DNA of 64,000 bases, taken from NCBI GenBank assembly GCA_029258835.1, contig JAPDJY010000035.1:77302-141301 (forward strand), written 5' to 3'. The notes beneath the pieces were generated by a model, which ran no database searches, was not told the origin of the DNA, and saw nothing but the letters and a program-made list of their open reading frames with translations. The number at the start of each line of letters is the position of its first letter. Position 1 is the first letter of the stretch. Origin of the DNA: Thermoproteota archaeon. GTDB lineage: Archaea > Asgardarchaeota > Jordiarchaeia > Jordiarchaeales > Freyrarchaeaceae. The translations under genes were made by a program, and so were the position numbers. Shown here piece after piece: positions 54,902-64,000 of this stretch.

Positions 54902-56104
54902 TTAGAGAGGGGTGAAGCCAACTTTTAGAATAGGAAGTAGTATGTTTAATGATAAGAAGCAAATAGCAGACACTCTCAATATGTTCAGGAGTAGCTTTCT
55001 GGTTGGATATTCTTTTTCGAGGATCTTTGTTTTTTTCCCCTCGGGAATCAAGTAATTTATTACTTCTTCAAACATTCTGTCCCCATCGAATGCCGGTATT
55101 GGCATCATGTTTATTATGGCAACACTAAACGCCACTATAAACATCCACTGTATGACCAGATAAATTTGGCTTGGAAGAGTGTAGCTTAACCACCATGCAT
55201 TTGGATAGGGAATGTAGAATGGTTGAGGGTAAAGGATTCCTATATATCCCCTATAAGGTGCTCGAGGGTTTATTCCCGTTATCGTTTCTATTTCTCCTAT
55301 GTTGGTCGTCAACTTGAGGATTTCAAATGGTTTAACATTTAAAAGGTAAACGTCGAGGGCCGATGGAGACCATATTGGAGTTCCATTTATTGCAAATATG
55401 ATTGTTGAGGGAGGAAGGCGGCCATAGGCGAAGGAGTTTTGATCGACGTTTGTTACGACCACCCCTACTGATGGACCGTACCATGGAGAAATTACTGTCT
55501 GAAAGTTTAGCAGTAGTAGCAATGCTATCAACGCCGTAACAAGGTTTACTGCCGAGCCGGCACTTAAAACCCTTAGCCTTGTTTTAGGGTGAGCTGCCAC
55601 CATTGCGTCTTCTTCTATTTCAACGAAGCCCCCCGGAAGGAAAAGGAGAAAAAGGAGGCCTGAGGATTTTACCGGGAGATTTTCTGCTCTAGCCATTATT
55701 CCGTGGGCGAGCTCGTGGAAAGCGAGAGTGACCATTATTCCCAAAAGGGCGTAGAGGAAGCTTAGCCCAGTGATTGTTACTCCAGGTATTAAGGGTACAA
55801 TTGGGGATGCTTGTTGAGGTTGAACGAATACGTTAAGTAAGTTTAAAGTTAGGAGGTAGACACCGTATCCTAAAGCAGTATAACTTAAAGGGATGCCTAT
55901 GTTTCCCAAGGCAATCCATAATCGAGGTGATTTAAAAGCAACTTTCGATATGAACTTATTGAATTTCTCGGTCCTATAGATAATTAGGAATGGAAATACG
56001 TCTAATCCATATTTTTTAAGATTAAATATTCTATCTACAATTAAAATTCCAGACCAGAAAGCTAGGAGCAAGATGATTACAAGCTGAGCTTCACTAATCA
56101 TCAC
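54902..56104 (-). CDS. Site-2 protease (M50) with PDZ-like insert
   Basis: HELAH, GGFVE, SAGS, NMMPIPAFDG, multiple TM segments. Confidence 0.9.
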   Translation of the reverse strand: MMISEAQLVIILLLAFWSGILIVDRIFNLKKYGLDVFPFLIIYRTEKFNKFISKVAFKSPRLWIALGNIGIPLSYTALGYGVYLLTLNLLNVFVQPQQASPIVPLIPGVTITGLSFLYALLGIMVTLAFHELAHGIMARAENLPVKSSGLLFLLFLPGGFVEIEEDAMVAAHPKTRLRVLSAGSAVNLVTALIALLLLLNFQTVISPWYGPSVGVVVTNVDQNSFAYGRLPPSTIIFAINGTPIWSPSALDVYLLNVKPFEILKLTTNIGEIETITGINPRAPYRGYIGILYPQPFYIPYPNAWWLSYTLPSQIYLVIQWMFIVAFSVAIINMMPIPAFDGDRMFEEVINYLIPEGKKTKILEKEYPTRKLLLNILRVSAICFLSLNILLPILKVGFTPL

Positions 56105-56339
56105 ATGACCTCCAAAGAACTAACAACGAAATGTGAAAGGAGAACATTCTCGTCTTCTCTTGAAATTTTCTGCATGACGGCATTAAAAAGGCTGCGCTTC
56201 CCCCTTTTAATTCTTAAGGAGAAGTGAAATGATAACGAGGCGCAAACGAACGCTAAAGAACCAAATTACGTTTAAAAGTAGAGGTAGAGGTTTCAGTGGG
56301 AGAAGTGAATTTTAATTGTAAGTAGCAAAAGAAGAGAGC

Positions 56340-58799
56340 CTATCTAAGATTACGAAATAAACAGAGGATATTATGGAGATAACCTATGATTAGATTATCG
56401 TTTCCTTTAAAGAGAGATCTTAATCTTGACGCTATTTTTGCGTCTCGTTCGTCCATAAAAAGCACAATTATCCGCCCATATTTTTCAAGGGATCTGTTAA
56501 TTTGAAACAGTAATTCAGGCAGTTCGCTTTCAGTTTTTAAGGCAGATATGTTCAACGGGTAACTTTCTATAAAGCAGTCTATTCCTAGTTTTGGATCTTT
56601 CCTTTGAGTCAATTTTAGTCCTAAATCGATGCATATTTGCTCAATTAGGTCTTGAACATATGATTTGATTGCCTCTCTTTCTGATTCTTCATTCTTTTTT
56701 AGGAAAAAAATGGAGGTTCTTTTACCGTTAGGTAAGGAAACATAAAGTTTTCGGATGTGAGGGAACTCCCTTTTTAAAGAGTTTAAGGTGGATGTAATTT
56801 CTCCTTTGTTAACACGTAGTTGTGAAGAAAGAAATTCTTCGGTAACGTACGTGAAGCGCTCTAACAGTTGAAGAAGCTTCGTTTTGAGGGCGGAGGCAAA
56901 CATAATATGTTGGTCATTAGACTTGGAGGGGGCTGAGAGGGGGGAAAACGAAGGGAGGTAAAAAGTTAGGGGCGCAGTGTTCATCCTCATCAAAACGAAG
57001 GAGGGAGTAGAGGGAGAGAGCACGCCTTCACTACTTTGCTCCTCAATTAATACTTTAAAGGGATCTTTCAGGACGGGAGAGGATGGGGGGATTCCTAGGA
57101 ATAGGAAAAGAGTAGTGTTAAAGGAGCTTAGTAGGGAAGTAAATGACCCCGTCGTGGTCATATAATTGAACAGGGACTTGTTTAGAAGTACTATGAGAGA
57201 ACATTTAATTCTCGAAAGAAGCGTTAAAAAAAGTGTAAGCGTAAGAGCAAGGGTGGGCGGTTTAACGATTTTGGACAGATTGCTGAGGTCCAGGATAACG
57301 TTTGAATTGGAGTTAGCAATTATGTCCCTAAGGTCCGATCGTGTTTTCCTGAAGATTTTATCTAGAGCGCCCTGTTTTAGATCCGAAAAAAGGTGCTGAA
57401 GAGGACGTTGAGGATTCTTTTTTGAATGGTTTTGTGATAGCGCCATGTTGATTATCTTGAATAACGTTAATGACTGGCTAGGACACCCTTCAAGCTTATC
57501 TTTAATTAACATTTGGAAAACGATATCCTTTGAAGGCTTCAAGCCGGATAAGGCAAAGACGGCTGTTGAAAGCATGCTTACATGGTCGTAAAATGGGATG
57601 CTGTGGGGATATAAGAGATCTATTTGAATGTCTCCTTTTTCGCTGGATAAGAATAACAGGGAATCCTTGATGTCACCCGAGGAAAGGGCTCCTATAAAAT
57701 CTAGGAGTACCCATTTATGAGCTACTTGGGGAAGAAAGCGGTTAAGAAAGTTTAGGAGGGAGCTCTTCCTTTTGAAGATGGCTAAAGCGGGGCTGAACGC
57801 CCTTTCGTCTAATTTGAGGGGAATTCTAAGGTTTTTAACTATAAGTTCGCCAATGAAGAAGTTATGGGGGGTGAAAAACGATTCGTATGAACTCTCACTT
57901 CTATTCTCGGTAAGATGCCTGATAAAACAATCGACCTCACTTAAGGAAACAAGAGAAAAGTTGGCAGGTTTAATGGGTAACCTGCATAGTACATTTAGTC
58001 TATTTTTTGCTAATTGCTTCCAGTTTAAAAGCGTTACTTTTTGTATTAAGGGTGATAGGGAGGAAACGGCATCGTCTAAAGCCTCCTTCAAATTATACAG
58101 GTCTTTACTTATGAAGAGTGCGTATGATGCAATTAGCACCTTAAACGAATTGTGAGGAGGATATGTGCCTACTCTCCGAGCTTTTAAAAAACCTATTTTT
58201 TTCTTTAACACGATTGGACTTATAAGGAAAATTTCAACCTCGAAACATTTTGAGAGAGAGGCAAGTTTCTCAGCTACATTAAGCATTTTTTGATGTGAAG
58301 CTAGATTTAGCAGCATAAGGGATATAAAAAACCGGTTTTCGCCTTTCTCTACGAGGAGAATATGCTTGCCTGATGAGGTGAACTGATGGCTTCTTCCTTC
58401 AAGAATTGTGAAAAGATTTAACTTGGGAGCATTCGTTGCCATATTACAAATATAAGGATTGCTAAAAAACGATTCAACAAACTTTGAAATAGGGTTTGAT
58501 GGAGAATAATAAACATAAAGAGTGCCGTTTCTCTTCCCGTGAGAGAAAAGAAGTTCTAATGATAAAATCAGCGGGGTTCTTCCTTTCAAAATGCTAAAGT
58601 TGGAAAAGTAACTTAGCATGTTTTTACCCTGTTTAAGTGGAAGAAAGAAACCAACCCTAACTTTTTTACCATTCTTTAAGAGCGTTATTCTTCCATTCCT
58701 CCGGATAAGAAGAGTAATACGGCTCTTGAGAATTCTTGAGAGAAGCATGGCGGCAAAGAACATCGAAAGCATAACTGTAAGGGCGGGGAGAAGCATCAT
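56340..58799 (-). CDS. Large hypothetical protein with N-terminal membrane anchor; possibly a degenerate HerA/VirB4-like fold
   Basis: 819-aa intact ORF, L/S/F-rich; faint echoes (FFIGEL, VLLDFIG, VILDLSNL) but no Walker A. Confidence 0.45.
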   Translation of the reverse strand: MMLLPALTVMLSMFFAAMLLSRILKSRITLLIRRNGRITLLKNGKKVRVGFFLPLKQGKNMLSYFSNFSILKGRTPLILSLELLFSHGKRNGTLYVYYSPSNPISKFVESFFSNPYICNMATNAPKLNLFTILEGRSHQFTSSGKHILLVEKGENRFFISLMLLNLASHQKMLNVAEKLASLSKCFEVEIFLISPIVLKKKIGFLKARRVGTYPPHNSFKVLIASYALFISKDLYNLKEALDDAVSSLSPLIQKVTLLNWKQLAKNRLNVLCRLPIKPANFSLVSLSEVDCFIRHLTENRSESSYESFFTPHNFFIGELIVKNLRIPLKLDERAFSPALAIFKRKSSLLNFLNRFLPQVAHKWVLLDFIGALSSGDIKDSLLFLSSEKGDIQIDLLYPHSIPFYDHVSMLSTAVFALSGLKPSKDIVFQMLIKDKLEGCPSQSLTLFKIINMALSQNHSKKNPQRPLQHLFSDLKQGALDKIFRKTRSDLRDIIANSNSNVILDLSNLSKIVKPPTLALTLTLFLTLLSRIKCSLIVLLNKSLFNYMTTTGSFTSLLSSFNTTLFLFLGIPPSSPVLKDPFKVLIEEQSSEGVLSPSTPSFVLMRMNTAPLTFYLPSFSPLSAPSKSNDQHIMFASALKTKLLQLLERFTYVTEEFLSSQLRVNKGEITSTLNSLKREFPHIRKLYVSLPNGKRTSIFFLKKNEESEREAIKSYVQDLIEQICIDLGLKLTQRKDPKLGIDCFIESYPLNISALKTESELPELLFQINRSLEKYGRIIVLFMDERDAKIASRLRSLFKGNDNLIIGYLHNILCLFRNLR

Positions 58800-58929
58800 G
58801 GTAAACCACCCTTAGCCGAGAGTAATTAGGTGTTTCACTTCACTGAAGCGCATAAAAGAATTTAAACTACACACCAATCATTATCGAGGAGAAGCGGACG
58901 TTTTCAGGGAAAACAGGCACTTCTGCTAT

Positions 58930-60171
58930 TTGGAGGGTGTCGATTTGAAGGAAGCGGAAGTTGAGCTTAAGGGGCATATAATAGACTCGTTTATCCTTCC
59001 AAAAGTTTTTGCCACTATTTACGACCTAGAAGGCGAATTTGAAGTTTTAGAATTTAACATTGGAAAGACAAAAACTGAACATTCATATGCTAAACTTTTG
59101 ATAATGGGAAAGAACGAAAAACATCTTAGAATGATCCTTGCGGAACTCCAGAAGCTTGGAGCAAACGTCTTAGAGAGAGTTAAGAGTGTTAAGCTAGCTC
59201 CGGCACCAGCCGATGGGGTTTTACCAGACAATTTTTACTCAACGACGAATCATCCAACCTACATTTTACTTGACGAAGAATGGGTTAAATGTGAAAATAT
59301 AGAGATGGATAAGGTCATAGTTGTAAGAGACGGGAAACCCATCTGCGTGCCTATGCGAAAAGTTAGGAAGGGAGATCTAGTAGTGCTAAACGACCCGGGA
59401 ATCAAAGTAGTTCCTCCAGAAAGGTCTAGGAAAAAGGAGATATTCGGGTTTATGACCAGCGAGGTCTCCCCTGAGAAGCCTACCTCGGCCTTAATTAGGA
59501 AAATAGCGGAAGAGATGTGGCGTATAAAAAGGGAGAAAGGGAAAATAGTTGTGGTGGCGGGGCCAGCAGTGGTGCATTCGGGCGCTGCGGATGCGCTAGC
59601 CGCGCTCATAAGGAAAAGATACGTAAACGCGCTGCTTTCAGGCAATGCACTAGCAGTTCATGACATAGAAAACAGCTTATATGGCACGTCTCTTGGAATG
59701 GACCTTAAAACCCTTGAAAACTATGAGGGGGGACACAGGCACCATCTCATGGCGATAAACGAAGTCAGAAAGCGTGGTTCAATAAGAAATGCAGTGAAAA
59801 CCGGGGTTTTAAGGAGGGGAATAATGTACGAGTGTATAATTAATAACGTACCGTTCGTCTTAGCGGGGTCTATAAGAGACGATGGACCGCTGCCAGAAGT
59901 TATAACGGATGTTCTAGAAGCTCAGGATGCAATGCGGGAGCAGTTAAAAAATGCAAGATTAGTTTTGATGCTTGCGTCAATGCTCCACTCCATAGCAGCA
60001 GGAAACATGCTACCTTCGACCGTTAAAATAGTATGTGTGGACATAAACCCTGCCGCAGTAATGAAGTTAACGGATAGAGGCACATACGCTTTAGGGGTAA
60101 TAAGTGATGTAGGCGCATTTCTCCCGCAACTAGTTCAAGAGATAGAGAGAGTAGAAGCTAACATAGAGTAA
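58930..60171 (+). CDS. TIGR00300 family (LOR/SDH-like; putative ornithine cyclodeaminase)
   Basis: GHIIDS, FYSTTNH, FGFM.SEVSPEK, GPAVVH, GNALAVHDIE, LAGSIRDDGP, LHSIAAGN, KLTDRG. Confidence 0.88.
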   Translation: MEGVDLKEAEVELKGHIIDSFILPKVFATIYDLEGEFEVLEFNIGKTKTEHSYAKLLIMGKNEKHLRMILAELQKLGANVLERVKSVKLAPAPADGVLPDNFYSTTNHPTYILLDEEWVKCENIEMDKVIVVRDGKPICVPMRKVRKGDLVVLNDPGIKVVPPERSRKKEIFGFMTSEVSPEKPTSALIRKIAEEMWRIKREKGKIVVVAGPAVVHSGAADALAALIRKRYVNALLSGNALAVHDIENSLYGTSLGMDLKTLENYEGGHRHHLMAINEVRKRGSIRNAVKTGVLRRGIMYECIINNVPFVLAGSIRDDGPLPEVITDVLEAQDAMREQLKNARLVLMLASMLHSIAAGNMLPSTVKIVCVDINPAAVMKLTDRGTYALGVISDVGAFLPQLVQEIERVEANIE

Positions 60172-60234
60172 TCTTTTATTAATGTAAGGAATTGACGGGA
60201 TAAAGTAGTTAAAAGAAGAAGGGAGGTTACTCAT

Positions 60235-61779
60235 TTGGAGTATCTTGTAGCCATAGATGCTGGGACGATAGGCTGTCGAACGATAATATTCAATGAGAAA
60301 GGAGAGGAAGTTAGCAGGGCATACGAAGAATATCAAAGCATATATCCATCTCCCACATGGGTTGAACAGAGAGCCGATGACTGGTGGAAGGCTACATGTA
60401 ACACGTTAAGGGTGGCTCTTTCACGCGCCAAAATTAACGTTAAAAAGGTGGCGGGAGTAAGCGTTACAAATCAGAGGGAAACAATAGTTCCAGTTAATGA
60501 AGAAGGAAAACCTCTAAGGAACGCAATAGTATGGCAAGATCGTAGAACAATTGAAGAGTGTCGGCAAATAGAGGCCACCATAGGTAGAGAGAAAATATAT
60601 CATATAACCGGATTGACTATAGACCCGTATTTCTCAGCTCCGAAAATTCTCTGGATAAAAAACAATGAGAAAGAAGTGTTCGATGAGACTTACAAGTTCA
60701 TGCTGGTTCACGATTTTATTCTTATGAAGTTAACAGGAGAGTTCGTGACGGATTGGTCTAACGCTTCGAGGACCATGCTATTTGATATAAACGCTTTCAA
60801 GTGGTCTCAGGAGATATGTGATAAACTAGAAATACCCTTAGACAAGTTGCCGACAGCCGAACCTCCAGCAAAGAAGATCGGTGAAGTAACAAGAAAAGCC
60901 TCCGAGGAAACAGGGTTAGCGGAGGGGACACCGGTCATAACGGGAGGAGGCGATCAACAGTGTGGCGCTATAGGAATAGGAGTAGTAAAAGAAGGAAGAA
61001 TAAAGGCTACAACAGGCACAGGGACGTTCATACTGGCATACTCCAATAAGCCAGTATGGGATCCAAAAATGAGGGTGCTATGCAGCTGCCACGCAGACCC
61101 GGGAAGGTGGGTAATAGAGGCAAGCATATTTACCACAGGAGCAATATACAGGTGGTTTAGAGATCAGTTAGGACATGTTGAGAAAGCTCTAGCAGAAATA
61201 TTAAGAGAGGATCCGTATGACATTCTTAATAAGGAGGCCGAGAAAGCCCCACCAGGAGCTGGCGGAATACTAGTCCTCCCACATTTTGTTGGAGCAGGAG
61301 CGCCACACTGGAACCCGGATGCTAGGGGAGTGATAATCGGGCTTGCCCTAGGACATACTAAGAGCCATATGGTAAGAGCCCTGATGGAGGGCGTCTGCTT
61401 TGAAATAAGGAAAAACGTGGAGGTTATGAGGCAGCTAGGCCTCAAGGTTGACGAGATGAGGATTACAGGAGGGGCAACGCGGAGTAAGCTTTGGAACCAG
61501 ATCCAAGCAGACATATATAACCTGCCAGTGATGACGGGCGTTATTGAAGAAGCAACTGCATTGGGTGCGGCAATACTTGCAGGGGTAGGGTCAGGAGTGT
61601 ACAAGTCTGTCTCGGAGGCAGCTGAAGAAGTAGTTAATGTCAAAGAAAGAATAGAGCCTAACCAAGCTAACCGAGAAATCTATGATGAACTTTACAAAAT
61701 ATACGGGGAGATATACGAGGTAATAGAAGAGAGAAAAATTTATTCTAAATTAGCAAGTCTTCAAAGTGAAGTAAGTTGA
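60235..61779 (+). CDS. FGGY carbohydrate kinase (xylulokinase/glycerol kinase family)
   Basis: IDAGT, TNQRET, AIVWQDRR, TDWSNASRT, GDQQ, TGTGTF, GAPHW, GGAT. Confidence 0.88.
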   Translation: MEYLVAIDAGTIGCRTIIFNEKGEEVSRAYEEYQSIYPSPTWVEQRADDWWKATCNTLRVALSRAKINVKKVAGVSVTNQRETIVPVNEEGKPLRNAIVWQDRRTIEECRQIEATIGREKIYHITGLTIDPYFSAPKILWIKNNEKEVFDETYKFMLVHDFILMKLTGEFVTDWSNASRTMLFDINAFKWSQEICDKLEIPLDKLPTAEPPAKKIGEVTRKASEETGLAEGTPVITGGGDQQCGAIGIGVVKEGRIKATTGTGTFILAYSNKPVWDPKMRVLCSCHADPGRWVIEASIFTTGAIYRWFRDQLGHVEKALAEILREDPYDILNKEAEKAPPGAGGILVLPHFVGAGAPHWNPDARGVIIGLALGHTKSHMVRALMEGVCFEIRKNVEVMRQLGLKVDEMRITGGATRSKLWNQIQADIYNLPVMTGVIEEATALGAAILAGVGSGVYKSVSEAAEEVVNVKERIEPNQANREIYDELYKIYGEIYEVIEERKIYSKLASLQSEVS

Positions 61780-63263
61780 GGGTTGATGCAGTAATCATAG
61801 GAGGCGGCGTAACTGGTTTAGGTATAGCTAGGGATTTAGCTCAAAGGGGACTGCGTGTCGCTCTCTTTGAGAGAAGAGACATAGCCTCTGGGACGACGGG
61901 AAGATCACATGGGCTACTACATAGTGGGGCAAGGTACGTGGTGAGGGACCCGGTTTCAGCCAGCGAATGCGCGAAAGAGAACAGGGTCTTAAGGAGAATT
62001 GCACCCAACGTTATAGAGGAAACAGGCGGTATGTTCGTAGCCGTAGAGGAGGACGACTTGGACTATGAGAGGAAATTCTTAGAAGGCTGTAAGAAAGCAA
62101 GTGTGCGGGTGGAGGAGCTTAGTGTTAGGGAGAGCAGAAAAATTGAGCCATACCTAAACCCAAGCGCTTACACGGTGTTCCTTGTAGATGATGCAGTTGT
62201 GGATCCATTTAGATTGGCCATTGCAAACTTTCTCGCGGCAAAGGAACATAACGCGGAAATATATACATATGAGCCGGTAAGGTTGATCGTTCACGAAGGC
62301 ACCGTGGTCGGCGTAGAAACGGTAAATACGAAGCAAAAGATCTATTCTGATGTCGTGATTAATGCAACCGGGCCATGGGCGGATTTTATATGTCGCCAGG
62401 CAGGATTAGAGATTGGAGTTAAACCCAATAAGGGAACACTGGTAGTAATGGGTAAGAGAGTCGTTAACGCGGTGTTAAACAGGCTGAGGCCTCCTTCTGA
62501 TGGAGATATAATAGTCCCACACCAGACAACGATGATCCTCGGAACAACCTCAACATACATTAAAGACCCCGACGAAGTAATGCCAACCATAGAGGAAGTA
62601 AATCTTATCTTAAGGGAATGTGGTAAGATGCTACCATGCCTTAGGGAACTTAGAGTTATCAGAGCCTTTTCAGGTGCACGACCTCTTCTTGAGGGGACGT
62701 CAGGAAGGGAGGCGGGAAGAACGTTTACTGTAGTGGACCATGAAAAACAAGGAGTGGAGGGGTTAGTCACTGTAACCGGAGGGAAGCTCACAACGTACAG
62801 GCTTATGGCTGAAAGAACATCTGATCTTGTTTGCAGGAAACTTGGTGTGCGCGCTACTTGCAGAACGAGCAAGGAGGAACTACCCAAAATCCCCGTTAGA
62901 ACGTGTAAGGAACGCTACGAGGCGTCTCTTTTAGAGGCGAAATGGGAAAAGGAAGTAGTTTGCGAGTGCGAACTTGTAACACGCAGAGAGGTGGAAGAAT
63001 CCTTTAAAGTGCTGGGTGCAAAAACATTAGAGGATATTAAAAGGAGGACAAGAGCTGGTATGGGAGAGTGCCAAGGACAATTTTGCGCCTACAAAGTAGC
63101 GGACATAATGGTTGAGCTAGGCACCTCCTTTCATGATGCATTAAGAAGCTTAAACGAATTTTTGAGGAACCAGTGGAAGACGGAGCAAATCTTAGAGGGC
63201 ACACAGAGAGCGCAGCTAGAATTTTTTAAGGCGATGTATAAGCTGGTGGGAGGCCTTGAATAG
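61776..63263 (+). CDS. glpA: Anaerobic glycerol-3-phosphate dehydrogenase subunit A
   Basis: GGGVTG, GTTGRSHGLLHSGARY, NATGPW, GGKLTTYRLMAE, C-terminal CECE..RTRAGMGECQG. Confidence 0.9.
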   Translation: MRVDAVIIGGGVTGLGIARDLAQRGLRVALFERRDIASGTTGRSHGLLHSGARYVVRDPVSASECAKENRVLRRIAPNVIEETGGMFVAVEEDDLDYERKFLEGCKKASVRVEELSVRESRKIEPYLNPSAYTVFLVDDAVVDPFRLAIANFLAAKEHNAEIYTYEPVRLIVHEGTVVGVETVNTKQKIYSDVVINATGPWADFICRQAGLEIGVKPNKGTLVVMGKRVVNAVLNRLRPPSDGDIIVPHQTTMILGTTSTYIKDPDEVMPTIEEVNLILRECGKMLPCLRELRVIRAFSGARPLLEGTSGREAGRTFTVVDHEKQGVEGLVTVTGGKLTTYRLMAERTSDLVCRKLGVRATCRTSKEELPKIPVRTCKERYEASLLEAKWEKEVVCECELVTRREVEESFKVLGAKTLEDIKRRTRAGMGECQGQFCAYKVADIMVELGTSFHDALRSLNEFLRNQWKTEQILEGTQRAQLEFFKAMYKLVGGLE

Positions 63264-64000
63264 GCAGAAGAAGCACGTTGACGCTTTAGTGATAGGGTGC
63301 GGCGTAGCAGGAATGACCGCAGCGGAGATTATAGGCAAAGAGGGGTATAGTGTGCACGTTTTAGCATCTGGGTATGGGTGCACTCAAATGTCTTCCGGGA
63401 CGATTGACGTTCTAGGACGCTACCAAGGAGAAGAAGTAGTGGATCTTGAGGCTAAACTGGATGGGTTCATACGTGAAAATCCTAGGCACATTTATGCGTT
63501 GGCTGGTAAGGAAAAGGTAATTCAAGCACTGACAGAGTTCGCAGTCGAGAGTGCATCTCATATAGTAGAATATAAGGGAGAACCCAGAAGGAACACGCGT
63601 ATATTTACACCATTAGGAACGGTGAAGAACACTTGCTTAGTTCAATACACGATGAGTTTAAATAATCCAAGCGAGCTTACAGGGAAAAAGGTCCTTGTTG
63701 TGGCAATACCGGGATTGTCGGGATACGCGCCTAACTTGTTTACGGAGGGGCTTCGGAGAAGAAACGTTAAGGCAAGAATGGTGAGGGTCAATGTACCCGT
63801 TAAGACGACCTTCCAATTAGCTCGCTTTTTTGATTTGGAAGCAGAAGGCATAATTACCCATTTAAAGGAGGCAGGTGCAACCGGCTTTGACTATGTTGCA
63901 ATGCCCCCCGTCTTAGGGTTAAGGAGGACAAGGAGCATATTGAAAATGCTAGAGGAGGATTTTGAAGCACATTTCTTTGAGATCCCATCGTTCCCTCCCT
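63256..64000 (+). CDS. glpB: Anaerobic glycerol-3-phosphate dehydrogenase subunit B (partial, runs off window; not in ORF track)
   Basis: TTG start overlapping the glpA stop; DALVIGCGVAG, SSGTIDVLG, TPLGT, PPVLG, FEIPSFP. Confidence 0.85.
   Translation, partial: MNRQKKHVDALVIGCGVAGMTAAEIIGKEGYSVHVLASGYGCTQMSSGTIDVLGRYQGEEVVDLEAKLDGFIRENPRHIYALAGKEKVIQALTEFAVESASHIVEYKGEPRRNTRIFTPLGTVKNTCLVQYTMSLNNPSELTGKKVLVVAIPGLSGYAPNLFTEGLRRRNVKARMVRVNVPVKTTFQLARFFDLEAEGIITHLKEAGATGFDYVAMPPVLGLRRTRSILKMLEEDFEAHFFEIPSFPP

Noticed and set aside
1-64000. CRISPR arrays, transposases, integrases, tRNA or rRNA genes, and the many short antisense ORFs in the track
   Set aside because: No spaced repeats, mobile-element motifs or cloverleafs seen by eye; the short ORFs overlap well-supported genes

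Overview
Gene-dense archaeal chromosomal window (GGAGG/GGTGA ribosome-binding sites, frequent GTG/TTG starts). Markers: MCM-GINS, RFC, Dph5, SepRS, TFE-beta, Fwd subunits, HdrBC and archaeal SRP RNA. The gene set fits an Asgard or TACK-related anaerobe (inference). Most of it is housekeeping: cofactor synthesis (flavin, Moco, folate), tRNA/rRNA modification, nitrogen assimilation (GS/GOGAT with several Lrp-type proteins), replication and an FGGY kinase-glpAB operon. The main discovery is a set of tiny (17-23 nt) bulge-helix-bulge (BHB, tRNA-type) introns outside tRNA genes. Three interrupt the 5' end of queE (23766-23788, 23838-23860, 23929-23945); cutting each after the second bulge nucleotide restores a 263-aa QueE with the SYQ|GEG, TIFIRFSGCN and CGWCD|T motifs. 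A fourth (53751-53768) interrupts helix 8 of the SRP RNA, and the same rule restores AGG-CCC-GGGA-GGG-AGCA. Features missing from the ORF track include a C/D-box sRNA, a stand-alone DnaJ-type zinc finger, a YHS protein and a partial glpB. Also notable are a ThrC-wHTH fusion lacking its PLP lysine and an HdrB-HdrC fusion heading the glutamate synthase operon. All calls come from motif recognition and manual folding; no searches were run.
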